Shown here: in pieces, positions 1-10,309 of the stretch
Layout: every line of letters starts with the position of its first letter
Position numbering within the stretch: the stretch's first letter is position 1
DNA from: an uncultured bacterium
Lineage (GTDB): Bacteria > Patescibacteriota > Gracilibacteria > UBA1369 > PNNO01
Reading direction: 5' to 3'
NCBI GenBank assembly: GCA_963704705.1
Contig: OY969931.1
Coordinates: 840,001-872,000 of the forward strand
Length of the DNA stretch: 32,000 nt
Notes under the pieces: model-generated
Told to the model about the DNA's origin: nothing
The model's database searches: none
What the model saw: only the letters and a program-made list of their open reading frames with translations
Position numbers and translations under genes: made by a program

Positions 1-667
1 CGTGCTCGTCTTCTTCAATCGGCATAAATTCACCGGGACGCTTTTCTTCTTCAAGATAAGCCGTGTATTTCCAACGGCAACTTTGTGCGCAAATTCCCTG
101 ATTGGCATCACGATTGGTCATGTATTGTGACATAAGGCATCTTCCTGAATAAGCAACACAAATTGCACCATGAACAAATGCTTCAAGTTCCATTTCCGGT
201 ACTTTTTCATGGATTTCTTTGATTTCGTTAAGGCTGAGCTCTCGCGGCAAAACAACTCGTTTTGCTCCAAGCTTATGCCAGAACTCAACGTCTTTATAGT
301 TAACTGAATTCGCCTGCACAGAAATATGAATTTTCGCATCGTGATACTCCTCTTTAATCAAACTAAACACACCGGGATTCGCAACAATAAGTGCATCGGG
401 CTTAATCTCACTTAAATATTTAATGTGCTGCCTGAACACATCAATTTTTGAATTATGAGGATAAATGTTTACTGTAACATAAACTTTTTTTCCCAGTTTA
501 TGCGCTTTATCGATCGACTCTTTTAACTTTTCCTTATCAAATTCATTAACGCGGCTTCGCATACTAAAACCGGTTAGGCCCATATACACGACATCAGCAC
601 CATATTCGAAAGCAAAATCCATTTTTTCCGGAGATCCCCCCGGTACGATTAATTCTGGTTTTAACAT
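1..667 (-). CDS. Peptidase U32 family protein (Fe-S type, RlhA/TrhP/UbiU-like); 3' end runs off the window
   Basis: My own reverse translation from the ATG at 667 gives MLKPELIVPGGSPEKMDFAFEYGADVVYMG..., a typical U32 N-terminus. Further on comes the Cys-rich U32 signature HGAICVAYSGRCLMSQYMTNRDANQGICAQSCRW. The frame stays open to base 2. It is absent from the ORF track because it has no stop inside the window. Confidence 0.8.
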   Translation of the reverse strand, partial: MLKPELIVPGGSPEKMDFAFEYGADVVYMGLTGFSMRSRVNEFDKEKLKESIDKAHKLGKKVYVTVNIYPHNSKIDVFRQHIKYLSEIKPDALIVANPGVFSLIKEEYHDAKIHISVQANSVNYKDVEFWHKLGAKRVVLPRELSLNEIKEIHEKVPEMELEAFVHGAICVAYSGRCLMSQYMTNRDANQGICAQSCRWKYTAYLEEEKRPGEFMPIEEDEH

Positions 668-862
668 CTAATTCCAAGTTAAATGCGGAGGTAACTTTAG
701 CAGAAAACCTTTAAACTGACAAATTTCGATCACGGGATCGGCATTGCAAAGTCAGAAAAATTTCACAAGCAAGCCAAAAAACAAAGCTATAAATAACCTC
801 CGAAAACAACTAATATGTCAACTTTTTAGCAATTCACCTCTTTTTGTGCTATTAAATTAAAT

Positions 863-2311
863 ATGAAACATTTCGACTTTATTGTTATCGGTTCGGGAAT
901 CTCCGGACTCAACTTCTCGCTTAGTGCTTCCAAAAAAGGCAAAGTTTTAATTGTTACAAAAAAGAAAATTATTGAAGGAGCAACAAACTATGCACAGGGC
1001 GGAATCGCTGCGGTTCTCGACCAACTCGACAACTTCCAAAAACACATAAACGATACATTAAAAGCCGGCGCATATCACAACAACAAAAAAGCGGTCGAAT
1101 ATATGGTTACAAACGGACCAAAAGAAATCCAAAAACTTCAAAATATAGGAGTGAATTTCGCTGAAAATCGCACACACAAACTCGAACTGGCCAAAGAAGG
1201 CGGCCACTCTCACAGACGCATAGCCTTTGTTGGCGACAGAACCGGCCACTCAATCGAAAAATCGCTCATAAAAGCCGTGCGCTCAAATCCGAATATCGAA
1301 ATCTGGGAGGATACTTTTGCTGTGGACCTACTCGGTAAGCCGCCCTTACTCGGTAAGACCTGCTATGGCATAACCATCCTAAAAAAAGGCAAACTCCATA
1401 ACATTTACGCGTCTGCGGTAATACTGGCTACGGGCGGGCTTGGACAAATCTATAAATACACAACAAATCCAAAAATTTCAACTGGTGATGGAATTGGAAT
1501 GGCGGCTAGAGCTGGCGCAAAAATGCAGGATCTCGAATTTATTCAGTTTCATCCAACAGCATTAAATGTACCTAGAAAAAACAAATTTCTGCTTTCTGAA
1601 GCGCTACGTGGAGAAGGCGCAAAACTTCTAAACCATAAAGGCGAAAGATTTATAGACGAACTCAAACCCCGTGATATAGTTGCGCGCGCAATTTACCAAG
1701 AATTAAAGTCAGGTCCGGTTTATCTTGATATTTCGCATAAACCCGCAAACGAAATACGCAAAAGATTCCCGCATATTTACAAAGAACTTAAAAAACGCGG
1801 ATTCGATTTAACCCGCCAAAAGATCCCTATATCCCCTGCTGCCCATTATTCTTGCGGCGGTGTAAAAGTTAACCTTAAAGGAGAAACGTCTATTAAAAAT
1901 CTTTATGCCTTCGGTGAAGTTGCTTGTACCGGTGTGCATGGGGCAAACAGACTCGCAAGCAACTCGTTGCTCGAAGCGGTTGTTTTCAGTGAAGTTATAA
2001 GTGCACAAATCACCAAACAAAAATCCTCACCAACTCCACTAAAATTCCCCCTTCCAAAACTCGCAGCTAAATCCTCAAATTATCAAGCTATCAAGCGAAA
2101 AATAAAGAACATTATGTGGCAAAAAGTAGGCATTGTTCGCAACCCGCACGACCTCAAAACCGCTCTTTCGCAACTTGAATCAATAAAATTCTCCCCTTCC
2201 GCAAAAATTCCTGAACTCGAAACAAAAAATATGCTCGATACAGCAATTCTAGTTACAAAAGCTGCGATTGAACGCAAAAAATCACTCGGCTGTCACTTCC
2301 TTGCTTCCTAA
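863..2311 (+). CDS. nadB: L-aspartate oxidase
   Basis: N-terminal FAD dinucleotide fold DFIVIGSGISGL. Conserved blocks: YAQGGIAA, ATGG, FHPT, HYSCGGV and GANRLASNSLLE. Length is 482 aa. No nadA or nadC lies nearby. Confidence 0.85.
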   Translation: MKHFDFIVIGSGISGLNFSLSASKKGKVLIVTKKKIIEGATNYAQGGIAAVLDQLDNFQKHINDTLKAGAYHNNKKAVEYMVTNGPKEIQKLQNIGVNFAENRTHKLELAKEGGHSHRRIAFVGDRTGHSIEKSLIKAVRSNPNIEIWEDTFAVDLLGKPPLLGKTCYGITILKKGKLHNIYASAVILATGGLGQIYKYTTNPKISTGDGIGMAARAGAKMQDLEFIQFHPTALNVPRKNKFLLSEALRGEGAKLLNHKGERFIDELKPRDIVARAIYQELKSGPVYLDISHKPANEIRKRFPHIYKELKKRGFDLTRQKIPISPAAHYSCGGVKVNLKGETSIKNLYAFGEVACTGVHGANRLASNSLLEAVVFSEVISAQITKQKSSPTPLKFPLPKLAAKSSNYQAIKRKIKNIMWQKVGIVRNPHDLKTALSQLESIKFSPSAKIPELETKNMLDTAILVTKAAIERKKSLGCHFLAS

Positions 2312-5300
2312 ATATTCCCACAATTCTTTAAAAAATGTAGAACCAAATTCCTCGAATCTTTCTATTCCCGCTTTTTTATCACCGCCTTCCTGCTGAATAT
2401 AATAATCGCAAAGTTTTCTTCCTAACATTTGTTCTGTCATTAATAAATTGCATTCAACTCCAAAACCCAATTCCAATAAGAATACATTTAATGGTATTTC
2501 GCATTTTCTTTCCAACTCATGCTGCTTTTGTTCTGTAAATTCAAAAATCTCTAAACAGCTATAAATTCGATTTGGAGTTTTAAAATCTCTTAACTGCCTT
2601 ATTTCATCTTCATTGTAAGTAATAGTTTTACCAATAAGTCCGCGTTTTAACATTTCTATAATTACAATCACTGCTTCAGGATGGAAATCCGTGCCTGCTT
2701 TTCGTATTAAATAACCATTTAAATCTTGCAGAGGCATTGGACCCTTCGCCCTGTACTTTCTGTCAGTTGACCTTACAGCCTGTATTTGATCGGCAGGATT
2801 CATCATACGTGCCATCCAAATATAAGCTTCACTTAATTTGAATGATAAAGCCTGAATCTCTTCTTCTGTTGGATTTTCAAGTTTATCCAAAAGCATACGA
2901 GGCAGTTCTTTAATTTTATCACCAGGCGCCTCAACAGGATAACTGGGCTCAAGCCCATATTTAATATGATGTGCAAAAATTAAAATAACCAATTCCGGAA
3001 AATGTTTAATAAAATGTGGAATTCCCCTTAACCATTCAGGGCCTTCAGTTGCATGCTTTTCTGTTTCTTCTCTTTCAAAATCCTGATATTTTCTTGGGAT
3101 ATCAAGTAACATTATTGTGTTTACAGCTAATTTTCCAACATCATGTAACATTCCGGCAGCTTCAGCTATAATCGGATCAATATCAAAATCTTTTGTTTCA
3201 TTTAAATAATAGCAAATTTGTAAACACATAAATGCCATTTCCTGCTGATGTCCCATGGTTGGATTGTGTCTTCTGAACAAATACCCAGATAAAGCTTTTA
3301 CTTCTTCCAATGCTTCTTTCTTTTTTGTTTTATAAGAAGGGTCTTCAGCATCTAATGCTTCCATCTCATTCATTATGTCATTCAAATTCAATAAATATCT
3401 CATTCCTTTAAATATTTCTTCAATTATTTCTTCTGAAGCTTTTGACATTTTCATATCAACTTCCAAAATCATATATCTTCCTTTCTGCTCATCGATTGGC
3501 ATTACTCTCAAAATTCTGCCTTTATCTGTATGATACAAATATGTTCTTTTTTTACTGTTTTTATAGTTCTCAATACTTTCATTCAATAAAATATATTCGG
3601 ATTTATCCATATGACCTATTATTTTCACGCCATCAGGACTTTCTTCGTACATATAAGTTCTTCCAATATTAGGAACAATCTCTCTTAATGAATCACCAAC
3701 AGAATGATTCAATACTGCTTCATAATCTTCAGCATTTGCCAAATCATGATTTCGTAAAATTCTGTAAACCATATCAGTCCATTTTTGGATTCTGTAGTCG
3801 CTGGCAATTTCAGCCATATCAAATTCATCAGGATCTTTAGGCTTTCTGAAATCATTCAAAAGCTCATCATTAAAATCCATCATTTCTTGATATTTCTTTT
3901 GTATTAATCTAAATAACCTAGTTCCTTTAAATCCTACATCCTGAAGATTATTATAAGCTTCACATAGATATTTCTGACAATCTATAAATGCCTTTAAAAG
4001 CTCCGGACCACTCGTAAATTTTTCTCCATTTTTTTTCTCTTTTATTCCTCTGTATTCCGCACCAAGTAACCGTACTTTTGCAAATGCGGTTTTACCAAGA
4101 ATATAATAAATTTTAGCATCCATTGCTCTGTTCGATAATTTCGGACGCGGTGAATCGGTATCAAGCCTGTAAGCATCAAAAATCTCTTCAATTTTCTCAA
4201 TATCATCCAATGTAAGATGTCTTGTAAGTTTTTGAGAATCAAAATTAGTTACTTTATCAACTTTTTCTCTTGTTTCTTGTCTTTCCTGATCAATCCCTGC
4301 TCTTGAACTTGATTCCAGCAACTGAATTTCAGCTTGAATTACATTAAGCCATTTATCAAAAATATGGATTGAGCCTCTGTTATAAGTCTGAGTCTTTCCT
4401 CTTAAAATTCTTATTGCATCACATGCAGCAGTTGCCTCTTCGATTTTTTCAAATCGGATTGCAGCTCTTGCAACTAATATTTGGATCAAAGTCTGAACTC
4501 TTTTAAATTCCTGATCAATAGCTTCCTTTAGCACTTCATTAAAAACTCCTTCTGCCTCATTATAATCTATTCTGTTTTTAATTAAGTCGTCAAAAGTGGT
4601 TTGTGCTTTTACTTCAAGCGCAAATTCCACATTAGCCGGATGAGTAAATTCACCATTTTTAAACTTTTGTAAAACTTGATCAGCCCTATTTTTCAATTTA
4701 ACTATTTTATTTTTTCTTAAAAAGATTTTATCAGGCTTATCATTTCCCAAAATATGTTCAATCTCAATTTCCAAAAAGTCAGTATATACATCAAGCCAGG
4801 TTTCTGTTTGATCTTTAAGCGTGTAACGCGCAGCTTTTTGGAATCTTTCCGGATCTTCATTTTTATCCGAAACATCAACTGCCTGCTCAGGAATATATCC
4901 TTGCGGCAATAAATTCATTGCTTCAATTGATATTGCTGCGGCTTCTTTACAATTTTCATGATATTTTTGTCCTTCTGCTGTTAAATCCGTAGATCTTAAG
5001 AAAAAATCATGAATTGAACCAGTAAAACGTGTTAAAAAATATGCACATCTCCATATCAATTCCAGTTTTTCCGGCCCGAGCTGATGTTTTTGCTTGTTAA
5101 AATAAGTTTTAACTGTATCAAACAAATAATTAACATTCACATAATGATCCTGAATATAACATTCCTGAATCTCCCTTAAAACTTCTTGCTGATCCTCATC
5201 ATCTTTTAAAATCAACACCACAAAATCAAATAAAACTTCACCGAAATTATGAAATTCACGCATAACCATGTCCGGTTCCATTTGAATATTTGAATATGAT

Positions 5301-5608
5301 TGAATAATCGCATAATGCAGCAAAGCTTCACGTACCAAAATAAGCGAATCATTTATTCCGCGCGCCTTTACAGCATTAATAAGAACCTGTGCATTACGAT
5401 AACTTACCAATGCGTCTTTATGATCTCCATTTTTACGTTCTTTATCAGCATCTATATAAATATCAAAAAACATTTGATGCCATTTTTCTTCAAGTTCATC
5501 ATTTGGAAGCAATTCAACTTCTCTTAATTGAGGAGTAACCGAAGGCAATTTAGACGTGGTTCGTCTACGACCGGTTTTAAGGGCTGAAAATTCGAGTGAA
5601 GCTGCCAT
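2282..5608 (-). CDS. Large (1108 aa) lineage-specific protein. N-terminal ~640 aa helical region of unknown function, a possible GAF-like segment, then a C-terminal degenerate HD-GYP-type metal-dependent phosphohydrolase domain
   Basis: Uninterrupted 1108-codon ORF. HD-domain signature GMLHDVGKL (HD codons at 3140-3145). Downstream lie AHHIKYGLEPSYP (degenerate HHxxxGxGYP) and NPADQIQAVRSTDRKYRA (compare the canonical ADxFDALTSxRxYK). A GAF-like stretch RILRVMPIDEQKGRYMILEVDM sits upstream. No P-loop was seen. AAGGA lies 6 nt upstream of the ATG. The stop is TGA. Confidence 0.6.
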   Translation of the reverse strand: MAASLEFSALKTGRRRTTSKLPSVTPQLREVELLPNDELEEKWHQMFFDIYIDADKERKNGDHKDALVSYRNAQVLINAVKARGINDSLILVREALLHYAIIQSYSNIQMEPDMVMREFHNFGEVLFDFVVLILKDDEDQQEVLREIQECYIQDHYVNVNYLFDTVKTYFNKQKHQLGPEKLELIWRCAYFLTRFTGSIHDFFLRSTDLTAEGQKYHENCKEAAAISIEAMNLLPQGYIPEQAVDVSDKNEDPERFQKAARYTLKDQTETWLDVYTDFLEIEIEHILGNDKPDKIFLRKNKIVKLKNRADQVLQKFKNGEFTHPANVEFALEVKAQTTFDDLIKNRIDYNEAEGVFNEVLKEAIDQEFKRVQTLIQILVARAAIRFEKIEEATAACDAIRILRGKTQTYNRGSIHIFDKWLNVIQAEIQLLESSSRAGIDQERQETREKVDKVTNFDSQKLTRHLTLDDIEKIEEIFDAYRLDTDSPRPKLSNRAMDAKIYYILGKTAFAKVRLLGAEYRGIKEKKNGEKFTSGPELLKAFIDCQKYLCEAYNNLQDVGFKGTRLFRLIQKKYQEMMDFNDELLNDFRKPKDPDEFDMAEIASDYRIQKWTDMVYRILRNHDLANAEDYEAVLNHSVGDSLREIVPNIGRTYMYEESPDGVKIIGHMDKSEYILLNESIENYKNSKKRTYLYHTDKGRILRVMPIDEQKGRYMILEVDMKMSKASEEIIEEIFKGMRYLLNLNDIMNEMEALDAEDPSYKTKKKEALEEVKALSGYLFRRHNPTMGHQQEMAFMCLQICYYLNETKDFDIDPIIAEAAGMLHDVGKLAVNTIMLLDIPRKYQDFEREETEKHATEGPEWLRGIPHFIKHFPELVILIFAHHIKYGLEPSYPVEAPGDKIKELPRMLLDKLENPTEEEIQALSFKLSEAYIWMARMMNPADQIQAVRSTDRKYRAKGPMPLQDLNGYLIRKAGTDFHPEAVIVIIEMLKRGLIGKTITYNEDEIRQLRDFKTPNRIYSCLEIFEFTEQKQHELERKCEIPLNVFLLELGFGVECNLLMTEQMLGRKLCDYYIQQEGGDKKAGIERFEEFGSTFFKELWEYLGSKEVTAE

Positions 5609-5665
5609 GTTTATCCTTACAGAATTGCTGAAAATACTTTACACATTGCAAATCAGTCATGCAAG

Positions 5666-5694
5666 TTGACATTTGGGCTAATTTAGTGTAAAAT
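5666..5694 (+). promoter_or_regulatory. Sigma-70-type promoter: TTGACA, 17 nt spacer, TAAAAT
   Basis: TTGACA at 5666-5671, the 17-nt spacer tttgggctaatttagtg, and TAAAAT at 5689-5694. It sits about 65 nt upstream of the 5761 ATG in a divergent intergenic region. Confidence 0.45.
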
Positions 5695-5760
5695 ATACAT
5701 TGGATGATAAAAAAGGCCAAGTAAAAGCCAAAAACTAATTATTCACTTAACAAAAACAAA

Positions 5761-6057
5761 ATGTTTGAAAAAAAACATGCCAACAAGTTCTGGGCAATAG
5801 CAATTATTTTAATTGCGCTTGTAACAGTAACGGTTGTATTGCAGGCTCAAATCCTAATGATGCTTCGCGATCTGCAAACTTCGTTATTTAGAACTTTAAT
5901 CCCTACAACTTCGATAGAACAAGTTATGGATTCAAATCCATTACCAATCAAACCAGTGAATACTGTAAGTGATTCAAATCCATTACCAATCAAACCTGTT
6001 GATGTTGTAAGCGATTCAAATCCAAATCCACCAATGACAACATTGAAAACTTACTAG
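5761..6057 (+). CDS. Small (98 aa) signal-anchored protein with a proline-rich DSNPLPIKPV tandem repeat
   Basis: N-terminal hydrophobic helix FWAIAIILIALVTVTVVLQAQILMML. C-terminal repeats DSNPLPIKPVNTVS / DSNPLPIKPVDVVS / DSNPNPP. The ORF is bracketed by a consensus promoter and a strong terminator. Confidence 0.55.
   Translation: MFEKKHANKFWAIAIILIALVTVTVVLQAQILMMLRDLQTSLFRTLIPTTSIEQVMDSNPLPIKPVNTVSDSNPLPIKPVDVVSDSNPNPPMTTLKTY
5930..6033 (+). repeat. 42-bp coding tandem repeat, about 2.5 copies
   Basis: Unit 1 is 5930-5971 and unit 2 is 5972-6013; a partial unit 3 starts at 6014. Units 1 and 2 share an identical 26-nt run, gattcaaatccattaccaatcaaacc. Confidence 0.9.
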
Positions 6058-6073
6058 AAATTATAAAAAATAT

Positions 6074-6111
6074 AACCTTGCCGCTTAGTAATTAAGCGGT
6101 AAGGTTTTTTT
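6074..6111. terminator. Bidirectional intrinsic terminator between the convergent small ORF (+) and prfA (-)
   Basis: A 14-bp stem, aaccttgccgctta (6074-6087) pairing with taagcggtaaggtt (6093-6106), contains one G-U pair and closes a 5-nt loop gtaat. A T-run follows at 6105-6111 and an A-run lies 5' of the stem, so it can act on both strands. Confidence 0.7.
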
Positions 6112-6112
6112 A

Positions 6113-7183
6113 TTATTTTCCAAGTTCAGCTAATTTCTTTGCCTGATCTTCCATACTTAATTCTTCAATTATATCTTCAATATCGCCATCCATTATGCCG
6201 TGAATATTACTCCAGCTCTTTTTAATTCTATGATCAGTGACCCTATCCTGCGGAAAATTGTATGTCCTGATTTTTTCAGATCTGTCTCCTGTCCCAATTT
6301 GGCTTAAACGTTCCTCTCCGAGTTCCTTTAATCTCTTATCTTCTTCAATCTGATACAAACGAGCTCTTAAAACCGACATTGCTTTTGTCTTATTCTTTAA
6401 CTGTGATTTTTCATCCTGACAAGTTACTACCAGTCCAGAAGGTAAATGAGTAATTCTAACCGCAGAATCCGTAGTATTAACAGACTGCCCGCCTGGTCCG
6501 CTTGACCTGAATATATCAATTTTCAAATCGGAATCTTTAATATCAACTTCCACTTCATCAACTTCAGGCAATACTGCGCAGCTAACAGCTGAAGTGTGAA
6601 TTCTGCCCTGACTCTCTGTAACAGGAATTCTTTGAACCCTGTGGACACCGCTTTCATATTTCATTTTTCCATATGCCCCATGCCCCATAATTTTAAAAAT
6701 TATTTCTTTCATACCACCGTCTGTAGTTTCTGATTTACTTATAAGTTCTGTTTTAAATCCAATATTATCAGCCCATCTCATATACATTCGGGCAAGTTCA
6801 GCAGCAAAAAGCGAAGCTTCGTCTCCTCCTGTGCCAGCCCGTATTTCAACTATACAATCTTTAATATCATTTGGATCTTTAGGTAAAAGTTCTATTTTGA
6901 TCTGTTCTTCTAATGTTTTTTTATCTTTTTTTGCTTTTTCCAGCTGGTCTTTAGCCATTTCAATCATTTCTTCATCCTTTTCCGTTTCTAAAATCTCCTC
7001 GGAATCGCTTATTTCTTTCATTACATTTTCATATTTAACAGCCAATTTATAAGCATTTTCCAAAGCCTTTAAATTTTTCATTAATTTTGTATATTTTACC
7101 TGATCACTTGCAACCTCAGGTTGTGAAGCCTGCTTTTGAAGCTCTTCATACTCCGCTTTAATCTTTTGTAACTTATCCAGCAT
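6113..7183 (-). CDS. prfA: Peptide chain release factor 1
   Basis: GGQ motif in [24 protein letters not shown]. The RF1-type PxT tripeptide appears as PVT in [14 protein letters not shown]. Length is 356 aa. Confidence 0.95.
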   Translation of the reverse strand: MLDKLQKIKAEYEELQKQASQPEVASDQVKYTKLMKNLKALENAYKLAVKYENVMKEISDSEEILETEKDEEMIEMAKDQLEKAKKDKKTLEEQIKIELLPKDPNDIKDCIVEIRAGTGGDEASLFAAELARMYMRWADNIGFKTELISKSETTDGGMKEIIFKIMGHGAYGKMKYESGVHRVQRIPVTESQGRIHTSAVSCAVLPEVDEVEVDIKDSDLKIDIFRSSGPGGQSVNTTDSAVRITHLPSGLVVTCQDEKSQLKNKTKAMSVLRARLYQIEEDKRLKELGEERLSQIGTGDRSEKIRTYNFPQDRVTDHRIKKSWSNIHGIMDGDIEDIIEELSMEDQAKKLAELGK

Positions 7184-7984
7184 TTAATTTTTGATTATAA
7201 AATACCTATCCAAACCAGCCAAATCCTGCAAAACTTCACATTCAGCTTCAGGAAAATACTTTTTAAATAAAATTTCAAGTGCTTCACCCTGCATATATCC
7301 AATTTCACCCAATAAATATTTAAATCCCTTAACCTGTTTAAATAATTTCTCATAAATTTCCAAACCATCAGAGCCACCAAATAATGCGACATGTGGTTCA
7401 TGTTCTTCTGTTTCTTTTGAAACAAAAGAATTTGTATCAGTGCCTATATATGGAAGATTAGCCACAATAATATCAAATTCCATATCCTTAAGTTCTGAAA
7501 GTAAATCCGATCTTATAAAACTTACAACAGCACCAAGCCTTTCAGCGTTCACTTTTGCCACTTCCAAAGCTTTGTCGCTGATATCAGTTGCATAAATTTC
7601 AATATTTTTAAGATTTTTAGCCAATGAAATTGCAATATTTCCGCTTCCTGTACCAATATCAACAATTCTTTTTAATGATTTATCCGAACTTACCAGATCA
7701 ATTATTGTTTCAACCAAAAACTCGGTTTCGGGTCTTGGAATAAGCACTCTTTCATCAACATAAAAAGGCAAACCATAAAATTCTTTATGTTTTGTTAAAT
7801 AAGCAACAGGTACTCCCCTTTCATGTCCGCGAATATCCTCATAAAATCTTGTACAGCTCTCGTTTGATACATCGTAATCCGGATTCGTTAAAAGAAATTC
7901 ACGGGATTTATTTAAAATATGCGATAAAAGCACTTCTTTTTCCAGTGAATTACCTCCTGTCTGTAATAAATCTTTAATTTTCAT
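7184..7984 (-). CDS. prmC: Release-factor glutamine N5-methyltransferase
   Basis: SAM-binding motif DIGTGSGNIAISLA and catalytic NxPY motif VANLPYI. Its stop abuts the prfA start (TAAATG junction at 7181-7186). Confidence 0.9.
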   Translation of the reverse strand: MKIKDLLQTGGNSLEKEVLLSHILNKSREFLLTNPDYDVSNESCTRFYEDIRGHERGVPVAYLTKHKEFYGLPFYVDERVLIPRPETEFLVETIIDLVSSDKSLKRIVDIGTGSGNIAISLAKNLKNIEIYATDISDKALEVAKVNAERLGAVVSFIRSDLLSELKDMEFDIIVANLPYIGTDTNSFVSKETEEHEPHVALFGGSDGLEIYEKLFKQVKGFKYLLGEIGYMQGEALEILFKKYFPEAECEVLQDLAGLDRYFIIKN

Positions 7985-7990
7985 GATTTT

Positions 7991-8018
7991 AAAAAAGCCG
8001 CTAAATTAATAACGGCTT
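7991..8018 (-). terminator. Possible weak intrinsic terminator or attenuator after rpsU
   Basis: The minus strand reads aagccgttattaatttagcggctttttt. That is a 6-bp GC-containing stem AAGCCG/CGGCTT (plus 2 bp after a mismatch) followed by a T-run, lying between the rpsU stop and the prmC start. Confidence 0.35.
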
Positions 8019-8034
8019 GATAATTTAAGAACAG

Positions 8035-8241
8035 TTATGCAAATCTGTTTTTATCTTTTATTGCTCTGTATTCTTCGCGTTTAACAGCTTTTTTTCTCTG
8101 TAGTCTTTTAGTAAGAGGTTTTTGAAAATATCTTCCGGTTCTTTTTTGCAAAAGAATACGGCTTGCCTGCACTTTTTTATTAAAGCGGGAAATTACACGA
8201 TCAACTGATTCTTTATCATTTTTTTCAACTTTTATTGCCAA
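8035..8241 (-). CDS. rpsU: 30S ribosomal protein bS21
   Basis: 68-aa basic protein: MAIKVEKNDKESVDRVISRFNKKVQASRILLQKRTGRYFQKPLTKRLQRKKA..., matching the S21 pattern. The start codon is TTG (reverse complement of 8239-8241). Confidence 0.85.
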   Translation of the reverse strand: MAIKVEKNDKESVDRVISRFNKKVQASRILLQKRTGRYFQKPLTKRLQRKKAVKREEYRAIKDKNRFA

Positions 8242-8248
8242 TTAAATG

Positions 8249-8258
8249 CACCTCCTTT
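8249..8258 (-). promoter_or_regulatory. Extended Shine-Dalgarno AAAGGAGGTG upstream of the rpsU TTG start
   Basis: The minus strand reads cgAAAGGAGGTGcatttaaTTG, with 10 nt of perfect complementarity to a canonical anti-SD. There are 9 nt between the GGAGG core and the start codon. A TATAAT box lies further upstream (minus strand, 8285-8290). Confidence 0.7.
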
Positions 8259-8300
8259 CGTATAGTTAATTAATGTGAAGTAAGATTATAGTAATTACTG

Positions 8301-10292
<1,992 letters not shown>

Positions 10293-10309
10293 TCAGGCTA
10301 TTTTTATGT

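Noticed and set aside
716-755. Nested short inverted repeats (ctgac...cgatc-acgg-gatcg...gtcag) in the U32/nadB divergent spacer, considered as a riboswitch or small RNA
   Set aside because: The stems are only 5 bp each with long unpaired joins. No known riboswitch consensus is recognisable, and the evidence is too weak to separate from chance.
2282-2284. Alternative genetic code (UGA as sense, as in Gracilibacteria/Absconditabacteria or Mycoplasma)
   Set aside because: The 1108-aa gene ends at a TGA. All conserved genes have normal lengths under the standard code, without in-frame TGA read-through being needed.
6113-7984. The gene order prmC then prfA (with a TAAATG junction) is the reverse of the familiar prfA-prmC order
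   Set aside because: The order is real, but it is a simple permutation of a conserved functional pair. It needs no new explanation and is of low interest.
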